Notes: generated by a model from the sequence alone, not told the origin. A DNA stretch of 64,000 nt from Sulfitobacter sp. (GCA_051252035.1 JBPOFE010000001.1:7694-71693), one strand, 5' to 3'. Numbered from the stretch's first letter, positions 50,803 to 60,622 are shown. A program made the numbers and translations.

Positions 50803-51561
50803 TTAGTGACCCGGATGCAGCGCGTCTTTGAGATACACGCATGTCAGGATTGTGAAAACATAGGCCTGAATAAAGGCCACAAGAACCTCAAGCCCGTACA
50901 TCGCCGTGATGGCAATGACTGATGCCGGAGAGATGATTGTGATTGCGGCAAAGCCTGCGAAAACCTTGATCACCGCGTGGCCCGCCATCACGTTGCCTGC
51001 CAAACGAATGGAGTGGCTGACAGGGCGTACGAAGTAGCTGATCAATTCGATGATCGCCAGAACCGGACGCAAGGCCAAAGGTGCCGAGGATACCCAGAAC
51101 AGGCCAAGGAAAGCGGTGCCATTCTTGACAAAGCCCAGAATGGTGACAGTCAGGAAAACCGCCATCGCCAGCACAACTGTCACAGCAAAGTGTGATGTCG
51201 GTGTGAATGCCGTTGGGATCAAACCAAGAAAGTTGGCACAGACGATGAACATGAACAGTGTCATGATATAAGGAAAGAACTTCAGCCCCTCTTTACCGCA
51301 GATATCTTCGACCATTTTATAGACAAAACCATAAGCCAGTTCAGCAACCGACTGCATCCGCGTTGGGATGACAGAGCGCTTTGAGGTTCCAAGAACCAAC
51401 AAGGCAAAAGTCGCGAGAACAGCCAGCGCCATCCACAAAGTAGAGTTGGTGATCGTGTACCAAGATACCGCGCCATCGCCCAAGATGTTCTCGACCTTGA
51501 ACTGGTCCATCGGGTGAAAGACGAGACCGCCTTCTTCTGCGCCGTGTGCCTCTGTTGCCAT
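50803..51561 (-). CDS. atpB: ATP synthase F0 subunit a
   Basis: [23 protein letters not shown]. Confidence 0.98.
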   Translation of the reverse strand: MATEAHGAEEGGLVFHPMDQFKVENILGDGAVSWYTITNSTLWMALAVLATFALLVLGTSKRSVIPTRMQSVAELAYGFVYKMVEDICGKEGLKFFPYIMTLFMFIVCANFLGLIPTAFTPTSHFAVTVVLAMAVFLTVTILGFVKNGTAFLGLFWVSSAPLALRPVLAIIELISYFVRPVSHSIRLAGNVMAGHAVIKVFAGFAAITIISPASVIAITAMYGLEVLVAFIQAYVFTILTCVYLKDALHPGH

Positions 51562-51562
51562 T

Positions 51563-51916
51563 TCAGGCTCCTTCGTTCTTGTCGCCCCCGAGAGGCGCAT
51601 CATTCGCGGCCTGTTCGGCCAACTGCTTTTCCTGGATTTCCTTGGCAGAGCGGAGCATCGTCTTTACCCCAGCCGCAAGGCCCAGCATCACAAACAGCAC
51701 CATAAAGATCGGCAATGTGCCAAACAACACATCAAGCCCGTATCCGATGCCAAAACCGATCCCAAGACCGGCTACTAATTCGATCACCATCCGCCAGGCC
51801 AGATTGGCCTGAGAATAATGTTCATCCACTCGGGGTTTCGGCGCACCGCGCTTTTTCGCTGCGTGAATTTTGGCCTCAAGCTGCTGCAATTGCTGCTGTC
51901 GGTCCGGGTCGGTCAC
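51563..51916 (-). CDS. atpI: AtpZ/AtpI family protein
   Basis: [11 protein letters not shown]...GYGLD; first gene of the F0 operon. Confidence 0.9.
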   Translation of the reverse strand: MTDPDRQQQLQQLEAKIHAAKKRGAPKPRVDEHYSQANLAWRMVIELVAGLGIGFGIGYGLDVLFGTLPIFMVLFVMLGLAAGVKTMLRSAKEIQEKQLAEQAANDAPLGGDKNEGA

Positions 51917-52100
51917 GCCGCATTCCCCCTTGGAATTCTTGTGATGTAGCTACTGGCGTGGGCGCGCAGAGTCAATAACGACACTGCGCGCCTTAAGGTT
52001 TTGATTAGTAATGTACTTTTAGGAAAATGACGCAAGCGGAGTGAGTGTAATTCGCGAGATCGGGCATTTGGGATCATTCAACCTTTTGGTTTACTATGGC

Positions 52101-52991
52101 TTACCCTGTGCTGCGCCATTGCGCTGCCTGCGCGATCAGCCAATCTCGAAACACCCGCACCGCTTTGCGTCTGAGCGCACCTTCCGAGCGGACCAAATGA
52201 TAGCCGCCTTCGCGAAAGCCAACGTCAGATACCTGAACCAGCCGCCCCGCCGCCACTTCACCCGCGACAACTTCGGCTGAGACCAATAAAACCCCTTGCC
52301 CCGAAATCGCGGCCTCAACCGCGAGGACCGAAGACATTCGCCAAATAAGCTGCGGCACTTCTTCGGGCGCAACCCCGCCCGCCTTGTCGAACCACACGTC
52401 CCAAGTGCCATTTGTCCGGTCACGCAGCAGTGGATAATCAAGCAACTCGCGCGGACGCGTTACAGGCCGATCCAGCAGATTAGGGGACGCATAGGGGAAC
52501 AGCGGCGCGTCACTGATCAATTCGGACCCTGGATAAACGCCGCCGGGATGAACAAACCGAATGGCCAAATCAGCCTCATAACGCGCGACATCCGCCAGAT
52601 GGCGCGATGCCTCCAACCGCACATCAACCTCGGGATGTGTTGCTGAAAATGCGGCGAGACGTGGCACCAGCCATTTGGTCGCGAACAACGGTTCTGAATT
52701 GACGGTAATGGTGCCTTGCGGCGTTTCTGCCAACCCTTCGGTGGCATAGGCGATGGCATCCAATGCCGGCGATATCTGCGCCAGATAGGCAGCACCATCC
52801 GCCGACAACGCCAATCCACGCGGCAGATCGCGGAACAATTGCACGCCAAGGCGGTCTTCTAACCCACGTACATGGCGGCTGATCGAGGAATGACTGACAC
52901 CAAGTTCGACCGCAGCGCCAGAAAAGCTCTGATGACGGCCTGCGGCTTCAAAAGCCCGCAGCGCGTTGAGAGGGGGAAGTGACCGAACCAT
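52101..52991 (-). CDS. LysR-family regulator (GcvA-like)
   Basis: LPPLNALRAFEAAGRHQSF, WLVPRL..F, DLAIR. Confidence 0.93.
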   Translation of the reverse strand: MVRSLPPLNALRAFEAAGRHQSFSGAAVELGVSHSSISRHVRGLEDRLGVQLFRDLPRGLALSADGAAYLAQISPALDAIAYATEGLAETPQGTITVNSEPLFATKWLVPRLAAFSATHPEVDVRLEASRHLADVARYEADLAIRFVHPGGVYPGSELISDAPLFPYASPNLLDRPVTRPRELLDYPLLRDRTNGTWDVWFDKAGGVAPEEVPQLIWRMSSVLAVEAAISGQGVLLVSAEVVAGEVAAGRLVQVSDVGFREGGYHLVRSEGALRRKAVRVFRDWLIAQAAQWRSTG

Positions 52992-52998
52992 ATGATAC

Positions 52999-53017
52999 AT
53001 GTGCAATTTTTGCACAT
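52999..53017. promoter_or_regulatory. LysR-type operator palindrome
   Basis: ATGTGCA-ATTTT-TGCACAT containing T-N11-A, between divergent genes. Confidence 0.7.
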
Positions 53018-53096
53018 ATAATGTCAAGAAATTGTCTTTGTGCATAAGTGAAGTGTTTGGCACAAAAGATTAAATCAACGACGAAAGCTAGATAAG

Positions 53097-53327
53097 ATGG
53101 CATCCATCGCAAAAATTACGCCGCGGCGTTTCCAAAAGTCATGTGTTAAAAAGACATATATTTCCCGTATTCGAAATGCCGTTTTGTACAACTGGCGCAG
53201 GCTCAAACATCCGCACATCAAGGATATCACCCCACATCTGGCACGGGATATCGGCCTGTCAGACGCCAAGGTTGCGCAGCACCAGCACCGCTGGCCATCT
53301 GAAACCACGTATCACCCACGCGGGTGA
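53097..53327 (+). CDS. Small basic protein, DUF1127-like
   Basis: HLARDIGLS resembles the DUF1127 core; divergent from a GcvA-like LysR. Confidence 0.6.
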   Translation: MASIAKITPRRFQKSCVKKTYISRIRNAVLYNWRRLKHPHIKDITPHLARDIGLSDAKVAQHQHRWPSETTYHPRG

Positions 53328-53366
53328 TACGCTTTCCCTTGGCAAACCGTCGCGGTAAGACAGGGT

Positions 53367-53708
53367 ATGACACGTGAGCTAGATCAGGTATTTGCCGCCC
53401 TTTCCGATCCAACACGCCGCGCCATACTGGCGATGCTGCTTGAGGACGATATGGCCGTAACGGATGTGGCTGAACCTTTTGATATGTCTCTGGCCGCGAT
53501 CTCGAAACACCTGGGCGTTTTGACAAGTGCCGGATTGATCAGTCAGGAAAAGCGTGGGCGGGTGAAATGGTGCAAACTTGAGCCTGATGCAATGCGCAAA
53601 GCCTCAATCTGGATGCAAGGTTTTGGGTTGTTCGACCCGGTCAATCTGGACGATTTTGAACGGTTTTTAGCTCAGGAAGTACCAACACTGGAAGCTGACG
53701 AAGCGTGA
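53367..53708 (+). CDS. ArsR/SmtB family regulator
   Basis: FAALSDPTRRAIL, SLAAISKHL..L..AGLI...KRGR. Confidence 0.92.
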   Translation: MTRELDQVFAALSDPTRRAILAMLLEDDMAVTDVAEPFDMSLAAISKHLGVLTSAGLISQEKRGRVKWCKLEPDAMRKASIWMQGFGLFDPVNLDDFERFLAQEVPTLEADEA

Positions 53709-53720
53709 TCGCTCACGCTT
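53701..53720. terminator. Hairpin between convergent ArsR and small-peptide genes
   Basis: AAGCGTGA-tcgc-TCACGCTT perfect 8-bp stem. Confidence 0.55.
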
Positions 53721-53732
53721 CGTCCAAGGCTC

Positions 53733-53801
53733 TTACAGTACGAATTGAACAATCGCCAAAACGATAACGATAAGTCCAACAAGGTAGATAATATTTCGCA
53801 T
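53733..53801 (-). CDS. 22-aa membrane peptide MRNIIYLVGLIVIVLAIVQFVL
   Basis: AGAAAGG RBS 7 nt before ATG at 53801; TAA at 53735-53733; entirely hydrophobic. Confidence 0.7.
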   Translation of the reverse strand: MRNIIYLVGLIVIVLAIVQFVL

Positions 53802-53873
53802 AGCTTAGCCTTTCTGCTTTTGTTGTCCCACGTAGAGGCTAGGATAAATACAAAATAGATCAAGGGTAAAACC

Positions 53874-54767
53874 CTATTCCGATGTCGGCGCATCATCGCG
53901 CAACAGTAACCAAAGCGCCAAAATTGTCAGCCCCACACCGATAACCACCAATGGTCCCGGTGCGCCGTTGCCCAGCATGATTTCCCAGACAATGACCCAA
54001 CTTGGCGTCAGATAGGTATAGGCCATCACCTTGGCTGACGGCAGGCGCAGGGTGGCAAACTGTAATAGAATAATCGTCACTGCCGTGGCGAAGATCGCCA
54101 CATACAGCAGTGCCACCCAGACCCGCATCGGCAGATCCGCCCATGCCACCGCCACAAGGTCGGACCAACCATAGATCAGCAAAAGTAGGGACCCAGCGAG
54201 CAATGTGCCGAAGGTGAACATCACGACATTCTCCCCACGGTTCAGGCGACGCACCATCGGTGTGTAAATCGCATGGCTAACGCACCCGATAAAGTAGATT
54301 GCTTCGCCCCGACCCACATCAAAAGCCAGAAATGCCAAAAAATCAGCGCGGAAAATAACCCAAAGCGCACCACAAGCCCCAATGCCCAGCGCAAGCGCCA
54401 TACGCGGGGTCAATACTTGGCGCAATAACACCCACGCAACCCCCGCCGCCATCAGTGGCACAAGTGTAAATACAGCTGCCGCACTAACCGGCCGGGCGGT
54501 TTTCAGCCCCTCGAACATCAAGACAAAATAGACCGCGAACAACCCACCGAGGATCACGTAACGCCAAGGTGCCACAAACCCCTGACTGCTCATGGCGCCC
54601 CGCGACCATGCCAGCACACCAACCATCAAGGCCCCAATGCAGAATCGCAGGGTGTTAAACGCTGTGGGACTGATGTCATTGGCAACCAACGCACCAAGGG
54701 AAAATGATCCTGCGACCAGCGCCGAAAACATCAACATGGCCAAATGGCCCATGGTGCTTTGGCTCAT
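53874..54767 (-). CDS. DMT/EamA family transporter
   Basis: Two EamA repeats, about 10 TM helices. Confidence 0.92.
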   Translation of the reverse strand: MSQSTMGHLAMLMFSALVAGSFSLGALVANDISPTAFNTLRFCIGALMVGVLAWSRGAMSSQGFVAPWRYVILGGLFAVYFVLMFEGLKTARPVSAAAVFTLVPLMAAGVAWVLLRQVLTPRMALALGIGACGALWVIFRADFLAFLAFDVGRGEAIYFIGCVSHAIYTPMVRRLNRGENVVMFTFGTLLAGSLLLLIYGWSDLVAVAWADLPMRVWVALLYVAIFATAVTIILLQFATLRLPSAKVMAYTYLTPSWVIVWEIMLGNGAPGPLVVIGVGLTILALWLLLRDDAPTSE

Positions 54768-55666
54768 TGCGGCGCCTCAGGTCGGCACCCTTGTATGGGA
54801 TCGTTCATATGATCCTTGAGAAACTGCAACAATGCCTGAACCTTAGTGGTACGGTGCAGATCAACATGTGTCACCAACCAGATCGGCGCAGACCATTCAT
54901 CGCGTGGCGAATGTATCTCAACCAAATCAGCATCCTGTGACGCCTGTTCTGCAACCAAAAAGCCTATCCCGGCCCCTGCATGCACGGCAGCTTCGGCAGC
55001 GCGCATGTCCGACGTGCGAAAGGTGATTGAACTTTCCGGAACATTGACGCGCATCCACTTATAATAGGGCGCGCGGTTATCAAGATCGTCGGCGCCCACA
55101 AAACGGTGCTTGTGATAGTCGTCGGGGCCTTTGGGCACACCATATTCCGTAACATAGTCTTTGCTGGCATAGGCCCCCATCGCCAAATCCAAGATGGGTT
55201 GAACAACATTATCGGGTTGGTCCGGGGCGATCCCGGCGCGAATGGCAACATGGGCTTCACCATATTCCAGCCGAAACAAACGTGTTCCTGTCAGATAACG
55301 CACCACCACATCTTTGTTCTTTTGCTGAAATGCAGCCAAAATCGGGGCAATCCGCGGTGAAAGGGACGCCAGTGATGTTACCACCAGATCGCCGGATACG
55401 TCGGTACCGTGGCCTTTGATCCGACCCACCATCTGATTGAATTGATCATCTGTCGCCTTGGCCACACGCAACAAGTCTTCACCGGCCTCTGTGGCGGTAT
55501 AGCCCCGCGAATGGCGCTGAAACAGCTTGACGCCTAACCGTCCCTCTAACGCATCAATATGCCGGATGACGGTCGCGTGATGCACCCCAAGCACCTCTGC
55601 TGCGCCGCTGACAGTGCCCATGCGCGCGACTTGATACGCCGTCTTAATCTCATCCCAATCGGTCAT
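54764..55666 (-). CDS. LysR-family regulator
   Basis: WDEIKTAYQVARMGTVSGAAEVLGVHHATVIRHIDALE; AHVAIRAG. Confidence 0.93.
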   Translation of the reverse strand: MTDWDEIKTAYQVARMGTVSGAAEVLGVHHATVIRHIDALEGRLGVKLFQRHSRGYTATEAGEDLLRVAKATDDQFNQMVGRIKGHGTDVSGDLVVTSLASLSPRIAPILAAFQQKNKDVVVRYLTGTRLFRLEYGEAHVAIRAGIAPDQPDNVVQPILDLAMGAYASKDYVTEYGVPKGPDDYHKHRFVGADDLDNRAPYYKWMRVNVPESSITFRTSDMRAAEAAVHAGAGIGFLVAEQASQDADLVEIHSPRDEWSAPIWLVTHVDLHRTTKVQALLQFLKDHMNDPIQGCRPEAPQ

Positions 55667-55760
55667 TGCCACCCTCTTTGTGCGCAAGCGAACATACGTC
55701 GCCTATTTCCACTGTTAGGTTCGATAATGCAATGATCAATCATTCCGCACCCAATCGGTT

Positions 55761-55790
55761 TTGACAAAAACCGGCACACCGCCCTAGTCT
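55761..55790 (+). promoter_or_regulatory. Sigma70-type promoter
   Basis: TTGACA-N17-CTAGTC; -35 lies in near-palindrome CGGTTTTGACAAAAACCG. Confidence 0.45.
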
Positions 55791-55797
55791 GCAAAGG

Positions 55798-56292
55798 ATG
55801 AAAGTCACCCGAGATACCCCTGATCAATTGATCATTGAGAACAATCCGGTTTGGCTGGCGGTCGCTGTATCTGCGTTTGCTTTTTTGTTTATCGTTGTTG
55901 GCCTATTCACGCTTCAGGCCGAAATTTTTGTCGGGATTGCATTTATCGTCGGCGGATCCGTGATCGGGATCGTCTTTAACCTTGCCTTCATCCGCCGCAC
56001 CCAGTTGATCCTCAACCGCACCGACAATCTGGTGGAATTGCGCCGAAAATCCCTGCTGGGCTACAAGCGCCGCACATGGGAGTTGGAATTTCTCAACAGC
56101 GCCATCGTACAATCCTCTTATTCCGGTGACACAAACACCCACCGCGCGGCCCTTATTTTTGATGACGGCATGGATGCAGGCACCCACCCGATCACCTTGG
56201 TCTATTCCAGTGGTAGCGGGGCAGAGCGCGCCATGACAGCCATCAACACTTGGCTCGCCACCTCGCTTGACTCGTCACCCACAACATCTTAA
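55798..56292 (+). CDS. Hypothetical membrane protein (2 TM plus soluble domain)
   Basis: 164-aa ORF with AAAGG RBS and two hydrophobic helices. Confidence 0.75.
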   Translation: MKVTRDTPDQLIIENNPVWLAVAVSAFAFLFIVVGLFTLQAEIFVGIAFIVGGSVIGIVFNLAFIRRTQLILNRTDNLVELRRKSLLGYKRRTWELEFLNSAIVQSSYSGDTNTHRAALIFDDGMDAGTHPITLVYSSGSGAERAMTAINTWLATSLDSSPTTS

Positions 56293-56300
56293 AGCCACCA

Positions 56301-56385
56301 CAACTCCCGGAAGCATTGCCTTCCGGTCCCTGCCTTGCGTGGGGATCGCCCCCCACCAGCGTGTTACGCCCGTGGGGGCAATTGT
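56301..56385 (+). ncRNA. Structured ffh 5' leader (alphaproteobacterial ffh motif-like)
   Basis: Hairpins CCGGAAG/CTTCCGG (56307-56326) and CCCCCAC/GTGGGGG (56350-56378); a structured RNA motif upstream of ffh is known in alphaproteobacteria. Confidence 0.55.
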
Positions 56386-56449
56386 GCATTTGACGCAGGG
56401 TTCCTAGGTATAGGGCACCCCGCAACCGACCAAGAAAGGGCATCGCCCC

Positions 56450-57946
56450 ATGTTTGAGAACCTATCTGAACGCCTGTCTGGCGTATTTGATCGCCTCACC
56501 AAACAAGGTGCGCTGTCTGAGGAAGACGTCAAAACCGCGCTGCGTGAGGTGCGCGTTGCCTTGCTTGAGGCGGATGTGTCGCTGCCCGTGGCACGGGATT
56601 TCGTCAAAGCGGTTCAAGACAAGGCTACGGGCCAAGCCGTCACCAAATCCATCACTCCCGGCCAGCAGGTGGTCAAGATTGTCCATGACGCCCTGATCGA
56701 CACGCTGAAAGGCGAGGGCGAACCGGGTGCCTTGAAAATCGACAACCCGCCCGCACCAATTTTGATGGTCGGTCTGCAAGGCGGTGGTAAAACCACCACC
56801 ACCGCGAAACTGGCAAAACGTTTGAAAGAACGTGACGGTAAGCGGGTGCTGATGGCGTCGCTTGACGTCAACCGCCCCGCCGCGATGGAACAGCTTGCGA
56901 TCCTAGGTGTGCAGATCGGCGTCGACACCCTGCCGATTGTCAAAGGTGAAGACCCGGTCGGCATTGCCAAACGCGCCAAGACCCAAGCGGCGATGGGCGG
57001 CTATGACGTCTATATGCTCGACACTGCGGGCCGCCTGTCCATCGACGAGGAGTTGATGCAACAGGTCGAAGCGGTGCGCAACGTCGCCAACCCGCGCGAA
57101 ACATTGCTGGTGGTTGACGGCCTGACGGGCCAAGACGCCGTGCACACCGCGCAAAACTTTGACGAACGCATCGGCATTTCCGGCGTGGTCCTGACCCGGA
57201 TGGACGGTGACGGGCGTGGTGGTGCGGCGCTGTCTATGCGTGCGGTCACGGGCAAGCCAATCAAATTTGTCGGCCTTGGCGAAAAAATGGACGCGCTCGA
57301 GACATTCGAGCCTGAGCGCATCGCGGGCCGTATCCTTGGCATGGGCGACATTGTCGCGCTGGTCGAAAAAGCGCAGGAAACCATTGAGGCCGAACAAGCC
57401 GAAAAGATGATGCGCCGCATGTCCAAAGGTCAGTTCAATATGAATGACCTCAAGATGCAGCTTGAACAGATGATGAAGATGGGCGGCATGCAAGGTATGA
57501 TGGGCATGATGCCCGGCATGGGGAAAATGGCCAAGCAGGTCGAGGATGCGGGCTTGGACGACAAAGTCCTTACCCGCCAGATTGCCCTGATCCAATCCAT
57601 GACCAAGAAAGAACGCGCCAACCCCGCACTGCTGCAAGCCAGCCGTAAAAAACGGATTGCCAAAGGCGCGGGTATGGAAGTCAGCGATCTGAATAAACTG
57701 ATGAAAATGCACCGCCAAATGTCCGACATGATGAAAAAGATGGGCAAGATGGGTAAGGGCGGCATGCTTAAGCAAGCCATGAAGGGCATGATGGGCAAAG
57801 GCGGCATGGATCCAACCGCGATGGCGCAGGGCATGGACCCCAAGGCGCTTGAAGCGGCGGCCAAACAGATGGGCGGTAAACTACCCGGTCTTGGCGGCGG
57901 CATGGGGCTGCCTCCGGGCCTTAGCGGGTTTGGTAAAAAGAAATGA
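56450..57946 (+). CDS. ffh: Signal recognition particle protein Ffh
   Basis: GLQGGGKTT, DTAGR, TRMDGDGRGG, Met-rich M domain. Confidence 0.99.
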   Translation: MFENLSERLSGVFDRLTKQGALSEEDVKTALREVRVALLEADVSLPVARDFVKAVQDKATGQAVTKSITPGQQVVKIVHDALIDTLKGEGEPGALKIDNPPAPILMVGLQGGGKTTTTAKLAKRLKERDGKRVLMASLDVNRPAAMEQLAILGVQIGVDTLPIVKGEDPVGIAKRAKTQAAMGGYDVYMLDTAGRLSIDEELMQQVEAVRNVANPRETLLVVDGLTGQDAVHTAQNFDERIGISGVVLTRMDGDGRGGAALSMRAVTGKPIKFVGLGEKMDALETFEPERIAGRILGMGDIVALVEKAQETIEAEQAEKMMRRMSKGQFNMNDLKMQLEQMMKMGGMQGMMGMMPGMGKMAKQVEDAGLDDKVLTRQIALIQSMTKKERANPALLQASRKKRIAKGAGMEVSDLNKLMKMHRQMSDMMKKMGKMGKGGMLKQAMKGMMGKGGMDPTAMAQGMDPKALEAAAKQMGGKLPGLGGGMGLPPGLSGFGKKK

Positions 57947-58275
57947 TCACCTGCACCGTCAGATATGAAATCGACCCTGACAAATTGTCAGAGTTCGAAA
58001 CCTACGCAAAAGCGTGGCTGCACCTCGTTCCAAAACTTGGCGGCACCCATCACGGCTATCACATGCCCCACGAGGGCCCAAACGACATCGCTTATTGTCA
58101 CTTTTCCTTTGCGTCACTGGCCGACTACGAGGCCTACCGCGAAAAGATGTGGCAAGACCCCGAATGCCTGCGTGCCTATGAACACACCAAGCGCACGAAA
58201 TGCATCCGCCGCTATGACCGTTCATTCACCAAACCGCTGTTTGACGGCGCCACTGTGGATGCGTTGGGATTATAA
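57943..58275 (+). CDS. NIPSNAP family protein
   Basis: MITCTVRYEIDP, HHGYHMPHEG, FASLADYEAYR. Confidence 0.88.
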   Translation: MITCTVRYEIDPDKLSEFETYAKAWLHLVPKLGGTHHGYHMPHEGPNDIAYCHFSFASLADYEAYREKMWQDPECLRAYEHTKRTKCIRRYDRSFTKPLFDGATVDALGL

Positions 58276-58796
58276 TGACACCAGCCCCGATCATAGAAAC
58301 AGATCGTCTGATCCTGCGCGGCCCCGAGGCTGCAGATTTTGAACAGATCGCGACATTCTACGCTGATCCGGTGCGGTCGGTCGGGTTTGGCGGTGTATTG
58401 CCGCGTGATCAGGCGTGGCGTTGGTTTGCCAGCATGATTGGCCATTGGCATTTGCGCGGCTATGGATTTTGGACCATCACAGACAAAGCCGATCACAGCG
58501 CCTTGGGCATCTGCGGCATCTGGAACCCCGAAGGTTGGCCCGAAGCAGAACTGGGTTGGATCGCATTCCCGCAAGCCGAGGGCAAAGGCATCGCCTTTGA
58601 AGCCGCAAGTGCCGTGCGCGACCATGCCTATAACGTCATGGGCTTCACCACCATGACCAGCAATATCGTGCCCGGCAACAAACGCTCCATCGCGCTGGCG
58701 GAACGTTTGGGGGCTGTGCATGAAACGACCTATGACAACATCAACATGGGCACCGAAATGCTCTTCCGCCACCCTGCACCGGGGGTCGCGGCATGA
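58275..58796 (+). CDS. GNAT acetyltransferase, RimJ/RimL type (1 of 3)
   Basis: ETDRLILR, ELGW, GKGIAFEA, NKRSIALAERLG. Confidence 0.92.
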   Translation: MTPAPIIETDRLILRGPEAADFEQIATFYADPVRSVGFGGVLPRDQAWRWFASMIGHWHLRGYGFWTITDKADHSALGICGIWNPEGWPEAELGWIAFPQAEGKGIAFEAASAVRDHAYNVMGFTTMTSNIVPGNKRSIALAERLGAVHETTYDNINMGTEMLFRHPAPGVAA

Positions 58797-59326
58797 ACGC
58801 GATGACCGATCAAATGCATGTGCTTGAAACTGAGCGCCTGACGCTGCGCAGGCCCACACCATCGGACCTGCCCGCTTACGCCGCATTCTACGCCGTATCG
58901 GATGTCACCGTCGGTGGGTATCGCGGAAATCGCAGTGATGATGAAGTTGCGGCAATCTTGACCCGCGACATCACACACTGGCAATCAAAGGGTTTTGGTA
59001 TGTTCCTGCTTGAGCACAAAACCACACACGCCATCCTTGGCGGCGCAGGTCTGGCCCATCCTGACGATTGGCCCAGCCATGAATTAACATGGTGGCTGAT
59101 GCCGGATGCACGCGGCAAAGGCCTTGCCACAGAAGCCAGTCGTGCGGTGATCGCATGGGGCTATGACGTATTGGGCTGGCCAAAGGTCGAAACCCACATG
59201 CGCGACGAGAACTTGCCCGCGCGACACCTCGCACAGCGTCTTGGTGGCGTCGTAGATCGCCGCGAAACCTTCCCTGATGGCGTTACCCGCGATGTGTTTG
59301 CTTTGCCCAAGCAGGTCGCGGCATGA
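58793..59326 (+). CDS. GNAT acetyltransferase, RimJ/RimL type (2 of 3)
   Basis: ETERLTLR, ELTW, RGKGLATEA, NLPARHLAQRLG. Confidence 0.92.
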   Translation: MNAMTDQMHVLETERLTLRRPTPSDLPAYAAFYAVSDVTVGGYRGNRSDDEVAAILTRDITHWQSKGFGMFLLEHKTTHAILGGAGLAHPDDWPSHELTWWLMPDARGKGLATEASRAVIAWGYDVLGWPKVETHMRDENLPARHLAQRLGGVVDRRETFPDGVTRDVFALPKQVAA

Positions 59327-59886
59327 GTCAAATGACCTTCCATATCCCCACGCTGGAAACCGAACGCTTGATCCTGCGCGCGCCAACGATGCAAGACGCG
59401 CAATATTATGTCGGATTCAAAATGTCGGAACGGGCCAAATTCACAGGCGGCCCGACTAACCGCGACAAGGCGGAAGCAAATTTCTTCAGCATCGCTGGGC
59501 AATGGCTGCTGCGCGGCTATGGCTTATTCATGGCGACAACTCGGAATGATCCCAAAACCGTGATTGGTGGCTTTGGCATTTTTCATCCCCTCAATCAAAA
59601 AGAACCTGAATTTGGCTGGACGCTATATAGTGGCGCATCAGAGAGCAAAGGGTTCGTGACCGAAGCCATGCGTGCGATTATCCCATGGGCATGGCCTGTG
59701 ATGGGTGTGGACACCGCGCAATCGCATATCGATGAGGGCAACGCGGCATCTGTCGCCGTGGCGCGTGCATTGGGCGCGACATTTGATGCCGAAACCACCC
59801 AGATCGAAAATGCTGAGGGTGGTGAATTTGCAGGTGACGACGCGCAGGTAAATATCTGGCGTCACCACAAGGGAGCCTTGAAATGA
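59323..59886 (+). CDS. GNAT acetyltransferase, RimJ/RimL type (3 of 3)
   Basis: ETERLILR, EFGW, SKGFVTEA, NAASVAVARALG. Confidence 0.92.
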   Translation: MSQMTFHIPTLETERLILRAPTMQDAQYYVGFKMSERAKFTGGPTNRDKAEANFFSIAGQWLLRGYGLFMATTRNDPKTVIGGFGIFHPLNQKEPEFGWTLYSGASESKGFVTEAMRAIIPWAWPVMGVDTAQSHIDEGNAASVAVARALGATFDAETTQIENAEGGEFAGDDAQVNIWRHHKGALK

Positions 59887-60179
59887 CCGACACTGTTAAA
59901 CTTGCAGCACAGGTCCTCAAGGACCACCGCGCCTCCATCGACCGGCTTGACGCGATCCTTGTCTATACGTTGGGCGAGCGGTTCAAACACACACAGGCTG
60001 TGGGGAAACTCAAAGCCGAACACGACCTTCCCCCGTCCGATCCCAACCGCGAAGCGGATCAGATCGCGCGGCTCGAAGATTTGGCGAAAGAGGCCGACCT
60101 CGATCCCGAATTCGCCAAGAAGTTCCTGAACTTCATCATCGCTGAAGTCATTCAGCATCACAAAAACCAACAATCCTAA
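59883..60179 (+). CDS. Chorismate mutase (AroQ type)
   Basis: RASIDRLD...ERF...VGKLKA...DPNRE. Confidence 0.92.
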   Translation: MTDTVKLAAQVLKDHRASIDRLDAILVYTLGERFKHTQAVGKLKAEHDLPPSDPNREADQIARLEDLAKEADLDPEFAKKFLNFIIAEVIQHHKNQQS

Positions 60180-60220
60180 TCCGGGCAACTGCCCAACATC
60201 AAAACAAAGGACTATCTACC

Positions 60221-60622
60221 ATGGCTATGAAAATTCGTCTCGCCCGCGGCGGCTCAAAAAAGCGCCCATTCTACCGTATCGTTGCTGCTGATTCACGCAT
60301 GCCACGCGATGGCCGTTTCATTGAAAAGCTCGGCACATATAACCCACTGCTGCCCAAAGACAGCGAAGAGCGCGTAAAAATGGACGTCGAAAAAATCCAG
60401 GAATGGATCGCAAAAGGCGCACAGCCCACAGACCGTGTCGCACGCATGTTGGAAGCCGCAGGCGCCCGTGACAAGACCGAGCGTAACAACCCCAACAAAG
60501 GCACACCGGGCAAGAAAGCCCAGGCCCGCGTTGAAGAAAAAGCAGCCAAGGCAACCGCCGCAGCAGAAGCAGCCGCAGCACCTGCGGAAGAAGCACCTGC
60601 TGACGAAGCCGCCGCAGAATAA
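60221..60622 (+). CDS. rpsP: 30S ribosomal protein S16
   Basis: [25 protein letters not shown]. Confidence 0.99.
   Translation: MAMKIRLARGGSKKRPFYRIVAADSRMPRDGRFIEKLGTYNPLLPKDSEERVKMDVEKIQEWIAKGAQPTDRVARMLEAAGARDKTERNNPNKGTPGKKAQARVEEKAAKATAAAEAAAAPAEEAPADEAAAE

Noticed and set aside
51961-51992. Inverted repeat GGCGCGCAG-N14-CTGCGCGCC upstream of atpI
   Set aside because: Real in sequence and enclosing a TTGACT, but no U-tract or clean -10 spacing, so no role could be supported
53672-53896. 74-aa minus-strand ORF
   Set aside because: Overlaps both neighbours; the 22-aa ORF in another frame has the RBS and a clean TM
56301-56400. SRP (4.5S) RNA gene on the minus strand
   Set aside because: Has CAGG..CCGGAAGG but lacks the AGCAG side of the internal loop and the long closing helix; treated as ffh leader instead
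56903-57775. 290-aa minus-strand ORF
   Set aside because: Antisense shadow of ffh; His-rich runs mirror the ATG-rich M domain
57720-57946. GGCATG/GGCGGC-rich low-complexity stretch
   Set aside because: Encodes the normal Met/Gly-rich Ffh tail
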